From contig JASMHJ010000001.1 of the NCBI GenBank assembly GCA_030750825.1, positions 26,308-50,307 of the forward strand: a DNA stretch of 24,000 nt. The letters are read 5' to 3'. The notes beneath the pieces are model-generated. The model made no database searches. It saw only the letters and a program-made list of their open reading frames with translations, and was not told the origin of the DNA. The DNA comes from Phycisphaerales bacterium (GTDB lineage Bacteria > Planctomycetota > Phycisphaerae > Phycisphaerales > SM1A02). The position numbers and the translations under genes are program-made. Below, piece by piece: positions 18,101-24,000 of this stretch (its first letter is position 1; every line of letters starts with the position of its first letter).

Positions 18101-19351
18101 ATGACACGGATCGTAGACATGGTGCTGCTGCTCGCCGCTGCTGCGACGGCCCTGTGGTGGGTACCTCGCATGATCGCCAGAGGTCGCCACCGCACCGATT
18201 GGCGGGGGCGATTTGGCCACGCAGAGGCGCTGCCGCCGCCACCTGCTGGTGGCCGCGTCGTGCTTCACGCCGTATCGGTTGGTGAGGTGGGAGCCATCCG
18301 AGGTCTGGTCGGCGCGTTGTCTGCAAAGCAGGACATAGATATTGTCATCGCGAGCACGACGGATACCGGCGTCGCCCGAGCAAATGAACTCTTTGGCGAT
18401 CGGCACGCCGTTGTCAGGTGGCCGCTGGACTTCTCGTGGGCCGTAAAGAGATTTCTCAAAGCGGTGCAGCCGACCGTCGTCGGACTCGTGGAACTGGAAG
18501 TCTGGCCCAATGCCACTGCAATCTGCAAGGCCCGTGGTATTCCAACCGTCGTAGTCAGCGGTCGACTCTCGGATCGCAGCCACCGCCGGTATCGATGGAT
18601 CCGGTCATTGGTGCGACCAATGTTTCGCCGGCTCGCAGCCGTGGGAGCGCAGAGCCGCGAAATTGCCGATCGCTTTGTAGACCTCGGCGCGGCGAAGGAG
18701 CGGGTCCACGTCGTTGGGAATCTGAAGTGGGACAGCGTCCAACTGGCCGATGGCGACTCCGAGCACACCAATCGCCTGGCAACGGACTTGGGAATCGATC
18801 AGTCAAAGCCGATTGTTGTGGGTGGTTCGACCGCTCCGGGCGAAGAAGCAATGCTGCGAGAAGCATGCCCGGAGGGCGTGCAGTTGCTCTGCGCGCCGCG
18901 GCGACCGGAATGGTGGGACGAAGCGGCGGAAGTACTCGCTCCTTGCGTTCGACGCTCATCCGGCGAACCCGGAAGGAAAGACACATCGCGGTTTCTGCTC
19001 GACACGATCGGTGAACTCGGCTGGGCCTACGGGTTTGCAGATGTTGTCGTTGTTGGCCGCAGCTTTGGCGATCTGCACGGCTCTGATCCTGTAGAGCCGA
19101 TCGCGCGAGGCGCCGCCACGGTCATCGGCCCCGCCGTTTCCGACTTCAAGAACACGATCGATGTACTCGTGGCGGGAGGTGGTTTGATTCAGTGCCTTCC
19201 GGAGCAACTCAGCAGCACGCTGCACGATCTTCTCGCGAACCCAAAGGTCCGCGACGAACTGGTCCAGCAAGGACAACGCGTCATCCACGAGCAACAGGGC
19301 GCCACAGCGCGATGCGTCGCGTTGTTGTTGGAGCCGGGTTCCGCTGTCTGA
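18101..19351 (+). CDS. waaA: 3-deoxy-D-manno-octulosonic acid (Kdo) transferase
   Basis: N-terminal anchor VLLLAAAATALWWV. LHAVSVGEVGAIRGLVGAL, IASTTDTGVARANELFG, QPTVVGLVELEVWPN, VVSGRLSDRS..RY and VVGNLKWD align by eye with E. coli WaaA motifs. Start ATG 18101 gives 416 aa. Confidence 0.85.
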   Translation: MTRIVDMVLLLAAAATALWWVPRMIARGRHRTDWRGRFGHAEALPPPPAGGRVVLHAVSVGEVGAIRGLVGALSAKQDIDIVIASTTDTGVARANELFGDRHAVVRWPLDFSWAVKRFLKAVQPTVVGLVELEVWPNATAICKARGIPTVVVSGRLSDRSHRRYRWIRSLVRPMFRRLAAVGAQSREIADRFVDLGAAKERVHVVGNLKWDSVQLADGDSEHTNRLATDLGIDQSKPIVVGGSTAPGEEAMLREACPEGVQLLCAPRRPEWWDEAAEVLAPCVRRSSGEPGRKDTSRFLLDTIGELGWAYGFADVVVVGRSFGDLHGSDPVEPIARGAATVIGPAVSDFKNTIDVLVAGGGLIQCLPEQLSSTLHDLLANPKVRDELVQQGQRVIHEQQGATARCVALLLEPGSAV

Positions 19352-19366
19352 GTTCTTACAGCAACC

Positions 19367-19396
19367 GCCGCCGGATCCGGTGAAGGACCCGGCGGC
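19367..19396 (+). terminator. GC-rich hairpin 16 nt after the waaA stop (terminator-like, no U-tract)
   Basis: GCCGCCGGATCC / GGACCCGGCGGC pair as 8 bp + A.C mismatch + 3 bp, with loop GGTGAA. The hairpin is followed by AGTGCGGGG rather than a T-run. Confidence 0.3.
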
Positions 19397-19550
19397 AGTG
19401 CGGGGAGAAAGGACTAGATGGAGAGAGGGAAATGAAGTCGATTCTTCTTCTGTCAGTCGATACGGACTTTCTCCGTTTTGGTTCCTCTGAATCGACTGGA
19501 AGCGGCGAAAACGGGCCTCATGCATGCCTTGCGGCGTTTGTGGCTCTACC

Positions 19551-20498
19551 ATGCTCCTCGTGAATGAATCCGACGTACTGGCAGTCATCCGGGAACGAGT
19601 CCAAACAACCGATCCGCGAGTACTTCTGGGGCCCGGTGATGATTTGGCGGAAGTCTTGGTGGGGGACGAAGCCGCGTCGCTGCTCGTGGGTGTCGATCAG
19701 GTTGTCGACGGGCTGCACGTGCTGGCAGCCCGCGTGTCGTGGGACCGAATCGGAGGAAAGGCCATGCGACGCGCCCTGAGCGATGTCGCGGCGATGGCAG
19801 GCACACCGCTGGCGAGTGTGGCTTCGGTCGTGCTGCCCCCAAACGCCCTCGATGCAGATATCAAGGCCCTGTGCAAGGGGCTGCACGAGACCGCGGCAGC
19901 GTTCGACGCGCCGCTCGTCGGTGGCGATGTCGCGATTCATCGGCTTCCCGATCATCCGCTGAGTGTCTCGGTCACCGTACTGGCAACGCCCGTGCCCCCC
20001 GGCCCGGTGCGACGGAACGGGGCATGTGATGGTGACCTGCTCGTCGTGACCGGCCATCTCGGTGGTTCACTCGAAGACGGTGGGGGGGGGTCTCACCTCG
20101 ATTTCACGCCGCGCATCTCCGAAGCCCTGCATCTCAGGGAACTCTTCGGCAAAGGGCTCCACGCGATGATCGACATCAGCGATGGTCTGGGGCGTGATGC
20201 CGGCCGGCTTGCCGAAGCCGCCGGGCTGCAGGCTCACATTGAGGCTGAGAAACTTCCACGCAGGCCGGCCGCATCAATCGCCGCAGCGATGGGCGACGGG
20301 GAAGACTACGAACTGCTTATGGCTGTCGCCAAAGATGCGGAAGTGCCCGATTCGGTGCCGGGCGATCATGGCCCATGTCCGCTGACCGTCATTGGCCACT
20401 TCGCCCCGAATCCAGCCGGCGATGACCGCCGAGTCGTAGTGTTCGGCGAGGATGGACAAGAAGATGCCTCCGAGTGCGGATGGGATCACGGCCAATGA
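19551..20498 (+). CDS. thiL: Thiamine-monophosphate kinase
   Basis: MLLVNESDVLAVIRERV...LLGPGDDLAEV...VGVDQVVDGLHV, ALSDVAAMAGTPL, PLVGGDV, IDISDGLGRDAGRLAEA, GEDYELL (AIR-synthase-like fold, ThiL pattern). ATG 19551 aligns best with the ThiL N-terminus; ATG 19524 is an alternative. Confidence 0.85.
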   Translation: MLLVNESDVLAVIRERVQTTDPRVLLGPGDDLAEVLVGDEAASLLVGVDQVVDGLHVLAARVSWDRIGGKAMRRALSDVAAMAGTPLASVASVVLPPNALDADIKALCKGLHETAAAFDAPLVGGDVAIHRLPDHPLSVSVTVLATPVPPGPVRRNGACDGDLLVVTGHLGGSLEDGGGGSHLDFTPRISEALHLRELFGKGLHAMIDISDGLGRDAGRLAEAAGLQAHIEAEKLPRRPAASIAAAMGDGEDYELLMAVAKDAEVPDSVPGDHGPCPLTVIGHFAPNPAGDDRRVVVFGEDGQEDASECGWDHGQ

Positions 20499-20968
20499 GC
20501 GGGTCGTGTATTGATCTTCCCGATCTCGAATCGCACCAGCGTTTCGGCCGCGTGATTGCAGGCCTGCTCGTCGGCGGCGACATCGTCGCGCTTCGCGGTG
20601 AACTCGGCGCCGGCAAGACAACACTCGTTACCGCGATCGGTCAAGCCATGGGCATCGATGACATCTCCAGTCCGACCTTCGGCATCATCCACGAACATCC
20701 ACGCCTGCAGGGCGGACGATTGCTGCATGTTGATGCGTACCGGCTCGGTGGTGTGGACGAACTGATCGATTTGGGGTGGGATGAGTGGGCGGGGGATCCG
20801 GATACCATCGTCTGCATCGAGTGGGCCGATCGCATCGAAGCCTTGCTCGATCCGCGATGTCTTCTCGATGTGAAGTTGTGGCACGCCGGCGACGGCCGCG
20901 CTGCTCAGGTTCGCTGGGAGGACTCGGAACGGCTGTCTTCGTTGCTGGCAGCGGGGGATACCCCATAG
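20495..20968 (+). CDS. tsaE: tRNA t6A37 biosynthesis ATPase TsaE (YjeE)
   Basis: IVALRGELGAGKTTLVTAIGQAMG (Walker A), SPTFGIIHEH, HVDAYRL, CIEWADRI. ATG 20495 overlaps the thiL stop (ATGA). thiL-tsaE adjacency is known from e.g. Bacillus. Confidence 0.85.
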   Translation: MSGSCIDLPDLESHQRFGRVIAGLLVGGDIVALRGELGAGKTTLVTAIGQAMGIDDISSPTFGIIHEHPRLQGGRLLHVDAYRLGGVDELIDLGWDEWAGDPDTIVCIEWADRIEALLDPRCLLDVKLWHAGDGRAAQVRWEDSERLSSLLAAGDTP

Positions 20969-21414
20969 ATCACGAAGCGATGGCCAACAGTGGTCCAGCC
21001 CATCTGCTCAGCCAGCCGCTCTCGCAATTGCACGACCTCGTCGCACTGCAGGGGGACCAACTCGCCAGTCTGCACGCAGACCATGTAGTCAGACGGGTCG
21101 CGGCCGTAGGCAAGTTGGTAGTGCGTCACCTTGGCATCGAGCAGCATGAAAGGTGTCACGATGCCTGCGTCCTGCAAGAGCCGCAGGGTTCGATAGACCG
21201 TCGCTTTGGACACATCCTTGCCGTCGCCTCGCATCTTCATCAGAAGCGAGTCGGCGTCGAAGAGGTCGTCCATGTCCATGACTGCTGCAAGTACATCGGC
21301 CCGCTCTGAGGTGTAGCGAAGCGAGCATGACTTGAGGTACCGTCTAAAGACAGCGCACAGCGGCGCGAGAATTGGAGGCACTTCAGGCGTGTCGGTGACT
21401 TCAGCAGAATCCAT
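20905..21414 (-). CDS. Fur-family transcriptional regulator (atypical metal-site residues)
   Basis: Winged-helix core RYTSERADVLAAVMD...VSKATVYRTLRLLQDAGIV, and a dimerisation-domain pattern ending HRFVIYG. Start is uncertain: ATG 21414, ATG 21435 or GTG 21381. Confidence 0.75.
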   Translation of the reverse strand: MDSAEVTDTPEVPPILAPLCAVFRRYLKSCSLRYTSERADVLAAVMDMDDLFDADSLLMKMRGDGKDVSKATVYRTLRLLQDAGIVTPFMLLDAKVTHYQLAYGRDPSDYMVCVQTGELVPLQCDEVVQLRERLAEQMGWTTVGHRFVIYGVSPAASNEDSRSESSQRT

Positions 21415-22531
21415 TGCCAGTGATGGTACAGGCAAGCAGCTACGCGTCCTCGCCTTCGAGGCGTGGGATGGCGGCTCACACCGCGCCGTACGGGAATCAA
21501 TCCAGCGTCATGCCTCCATGGACTGGCACTGGCTCACGCTGCCGCCCGCGAATTGGCGATGGCGGCTGCGACTTGGCGCGACCGACCTCGCTGCCCAAGC
21601 GGCCGAACCAGACGTGGTGGGGGCAGCGTGGGATGCCGTCTTCGCGACCTCGCTGGTATCGCTGGCAGAGCTGGTTGCGTTGCTGCCGCCACAACTGGCG
21701 GGCATGCCTCGCATCCTGTACATGCACGAGAATCAAGTCGCTTATCCGGCCGCCCCTGGGAGAGGGGATGAGCGAGATGCGCACGCCATTGCAACCAACA
21801 TCACGTCAATGCTCGCGGCGGATCGCATCCTCTGGAACAGTCAGTGGAATCTGGACTCATTCATCGGCGGTAGCAGCGAGATGCTTCGGGCAGCCAAGGG
21901 GGCCGTTGCCCGGGATGTGCTTGCAGACATCCTCGATTGTTCGGAAGTGCTCTGGCCGCCGGTCGAAGTGCCAACTGCCGATGATGCGAGAGTTTTACAT
22001 AAGGCATCTAAGGCCAAGGAGCGGGGCCTCACTCTGGTGGTGTGGCCACACCGCTGGGAGCACGACAAGGGGCCGGATGAACTGCTCGCCATCGAGCAAG
22101 AGCAGGGGGAGGCTGATCGGCTCGGCTGGATCCTGCTCGGTCAGCAGTTCGATCATCGACCCGCCGCTCTCGAGCAACTGCTTGAGTCGGCCGGAGATCG
22201 CGTGGTGCACGCCGGGCATGCCACACGCAGCGAGTACGAATCGTGGCTGCGTGCGGCCGACTGGGTGCTGGCGACTGCCAGCCATGAGTTCTTCGGTATC
22301 GCCGTGTGTGAGGCCTTGCTTGCAGGCTGCTTGCCCTGGCTGCCCGAAAGGCTGAGTTACCCCGAACTGGTTCCAGCGGGCTGTATCGGCCGCTCACCGA
22401 GGAACCCAATTGCAGATCAAGCGGCCATGCGGACCGCGATTCGAACGCACCTGCAGGCCGCGACGGCGGCCGAGGCAGTACAACGGCTGGAATCCGCCAT
22501 CTGTGACACGGTCCCCCCACTTTGCCGATAA
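21395..22531 (+). CDS. GTDC1/QTMAN-like glycosyltransferase (DUF3524 N-domain + GT-B/GT1 C-domain)
   Basis: LRVLAFEAWDGGSHRAV, WHWLTLPPANWRWR, AVFATSLVSLAELVALLP, ILYMHENQVAYP, ILWNSQWNLDSF, VVWPHRWEHDKGPDELL, ATASHEFFGIAVCEALLAGCLPWLPERLSYPELVP. These closely follow my recollection of human GTDC1 (EAFYGGSH, ILYFHENQLIYP, ILWPHRWEHDKDP, HEFFGVAMLEA). Start is uncertain (GTG 21389 or 21395); track start 21332 overlaps the Fur-like gene. Confidence 0.8.
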   Translation: MTSAESIASDGTGKQLRVLAFEAWDGGSHRAVRESIQRHASMDWHWLTLPPANWRWRLRLGATDLAAQAAEPDVVGAAWDAVFATSLVSLAELVALLPPQLAGMPRILYMHENQVAYPAAPGRGDERDAHAIATNITSMLAADRILWNSQWNLDSFIGGSSEMLRAAKGAVARDVLADILDCSEVLWPPVEVPTADDARVLHKASKAKERGLTLVVWPHRWEHDKGPDELLAIEQEQGEADRLGWILLGQQFDHRPAALEQLLESAGDRVVHAGHATRSEYESWLRAADWVLATASHEFFGIAVCEALLAGCLPWLPERLSYPELVPAGCIGRSPRNPIADQAAMRTAIRTHLQAATAAEAVQRLESAICDTVPPLCR

Positions 22532-22584
22532 TGACTCTTATGTCAAACTCTGGCTTCTGGACTCTCAGGGGGTAGGCTTCCGGC

Positions 22585-23883
22585 ATGCCGCCCGAGCATG
22601 AACACGTCGATCCGCCGCCGCCCTCGCCCTCTGCCGGAGCCATGCAGGTCGGCATTCTCAGCGCGACACTGATCTGGCTGGTCTTCGTGGTGCTGCTGGC
22701 CGCCTTGCTTCTTTGGCGAGTCGGTGAATATCGCCAGCATGCGCAGGAACTGCAGGAGGCCGAACGGCTTGGCAGCGTCGCACTTTCAATGATTGCCGGA
22801 GTGGAGGACCCCGTCGAGGTTCGCAAGAGGCTCAGGACGATGCAGGCTGCGAGTCCGCAGATCGCGGTGCTTCAACTTGCCTCTCCCGACGATCCACCTC
22901 CGAGCGATGTAGAAACCAGCGTCCAGACACGCGTCGCCGGACAGGACGGCCGCGAATTGATCGTGGGGATTGCCGCTGGTGCGTCAAATCGTTCCCGACT
23001 CTGGAGCACGCTGGGCGCTCTGATCAGCCTTGGAACCGTGTTCCTACTGATGAGCATCTTTCTGGTCGTGGTCATCGGCCGACTTGTCGGCCGGCCAATC
23101 AGGCAGTTGGAACAACAGGCTGCCCGGCTTGCCGACGGGAAGATCGACTCATCTGTGGATGGAGCGACCCTTGGCGATTTCGGAGCACTCGCTCGATCTC
23201 TTGAGCGGATTGGCACCCGAATGCAAAGCGAACGAGACCAGAACGAGCGTATCGGCGGGGAACTTCAGCGGACGAACTCGCTCCAAGGCCTGATGCTGCG
23301 TGAGCTCAACCATCGCATTCGAAACAATCTCGCCTCCCTGTCGGCCCTGGTCTCAATTTCCCGAACCCAGGAATCGACCGTGCCCGAATTCGCCAAACGC
23401 GTCGAGCGTCGCATCGAGGCCATGGCCGCCGTGCATGGAATGCTTTCAGAACGCAACTGGTCCCCTGTGGCGCTGCTCGACCTGCTTGAGCGGTTGCAGC
23501 CGCTAGAACTCGGAGAACGGATCAAGTTGATCGGCCCCGACATCGATGTCGGTGCTGCGCAAGCGACACCTCTTGCGATGGTGTTGCAGGAGATGTTCGC
23601 CAACGCCATGGAACACGGCTGCCTCGGTTCCGGGACAGGATGGCTCCAAGTGCAGTGGGATATCGGCGAGGGTGCAGAAGGCGAGATCGTCGTCATCAAC
23701 TGGCGTGAGACTGGAGGGCCCCCACCGAATCCGACTGCCGTCGCAGGTACGGGGACGACGCTTATCCGGGGACTCATCGAGGGCGAACTCCGCGGCGATG
23801 TTGTGTTGAACCATACGGCAGATGGTGTTTCGCATCGGATACGAATACCCCTGAAACCCGGCACACATGTCGGTTCAGTGTGA
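22585..23883 (+). CDS. Membrane sensor histidine kinase, HisKA_2/HWE-type
   Basis: Two TM segments (ILSATLIWLVFVVLLAALLLW; LISLGTVFLLMSIFLVVVIG) flank a periplasmic region of about 105 aa. HAMP-like GRLVGRPIRQLEQQAARLADG. H-box LRELNHRIRNNLASLSALVSI. ATPase region QEMFANAMEHG...GTGTTLIRGLIE. Alternative start ATG 22642. Confidence 0.85.
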   Translation: MPPEHEHVDPPPPSPSAGAMQVGILSATLIWLVFVVLLAALLLWRVGEYRQHAQELQEAERLGSVALSMIAGVEDPVEVRKRLRTMQAASPQIAVLQLASPDDPPPSDVETSVQTRVAGQDGRELIVGIAAGASNRSRLWSTLGALISLGTVFLLMSIFLVVVIGRLVGRPIRQLEQQAARLADGKIDSSVDGATLGDFGALARSLERIGTRMQSERDQNERIGGELQRTNSLQGLMLRELNHRIRNNLASLSALVSISRTQESTVPEFAKRVERRIEAMAAVHGMLSERNWSPVALLDLLERLQPLELGERIKLIGPDIDVGAAQATPLAMVLQEMFANAMEHGCLGSGTGWLQVQWDIGEGAEGEIVVINWRETGGPPPNPTAVAGTGTTLIRGLIEGELRGDVVLNHTADGVSHRIRIPLKPGTHVGSV

Positions 23884-24000
23884 GCATCCGTGCCGAAACC
23901 AATTGAGCAGCAGGTTCCTGCCCATCGCTCAGCGAGTGGCCACCGTAATCGTGCAGATGCCCAGTGACTGCGGGACCTGCTGCCGTACCGTCAAGCCCCC

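Noticed and set aside
19400-19550. Possible TPP (THI-box) riboswitch upstream of thiL
   Set aside because: CUGAAUCGACUGGAAGCGGCG looks superficially like the THI-box CUGAUCUGGAUAAUGCCAGCG. However, the complementary CCAG arm and the upstream CUGAGA core are absent, and thiL is not a usual TPP-riboswitch target.
18956-19588. 210-aa - strand ORF over the waaA 3' end and the waaA-thiL spacer
   Set aside because: It is mostly antisense to conserved WaaA sequence, with no motifs, so it is likely a shadow ORF.
22029-22826. 265-aa - strand ORF spanning the glycosyltransferase 3' end, the intergenic spacer and the kinase 5' end
   Set aside because: It crosses two well-supported opposite-strand genes and an intergenic region, and its sequence is Ser/Arg/Pro/Cys-rich junk.
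23884-24000. Possible partial genes at the right edge (+ strand ATG 23966 MPSDCGTCCRTVKP...; - strand tail ...GICTITVATR-stop)
   Set aside because: Both are too short and featureless to call. No response-regulator signature is visible next to the kinase.

Overview
High-GC, tightly packed bacterial chromosome segment from a diderm. The gene content and protein style suggest a Planctomycetota/PVC-like lineage, but that is inference only. Almost everything is core housekeeping. The + strand starts with rny (5' partial), efp and rsmA. The - strand carries a ribH-nusB-ftsY-lptD-like operon, followed by a divergent UbiA-like membrane protein on +. A compact priA-rsmH-LysM-ftsL-ftsI operon on - looks like an eroded dcw cluster. 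Next come carA and a signal-peptide protein (TPR/coiled-coil plus an STN/secretin-N-like module) that ends in a ~40-residue polyglycine tail encoded by an imperfect (GGY)n microsatellite. The rest is a stand-alone FHA protein, waaA, thiL-tsaE, a Fur-family regulator with degenerate metal sites, a GTDC1/QTMAN-like (DUF3524-type) glycosyltransferase and a HisKA_2-type sensor kinase. I see no rRNA/tRNA genes, CRISPR arrays, transposases/integrases, or defence or toxin-antitoxin modules. I cannot support a novel multi-gene system here. The most unusual items are the polyGly-tailed secreted protein, the LysM gene embedded in a minimal dcw operon, and the bacterial homologue of the eukaryotic tRNA-queuosine mannosyltransferase family. 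Many long ORFs in the supplied track are antisense or alternate-frame shadows typical of high-GC DNA, and several true genes probably start downstream of the track's first Met.
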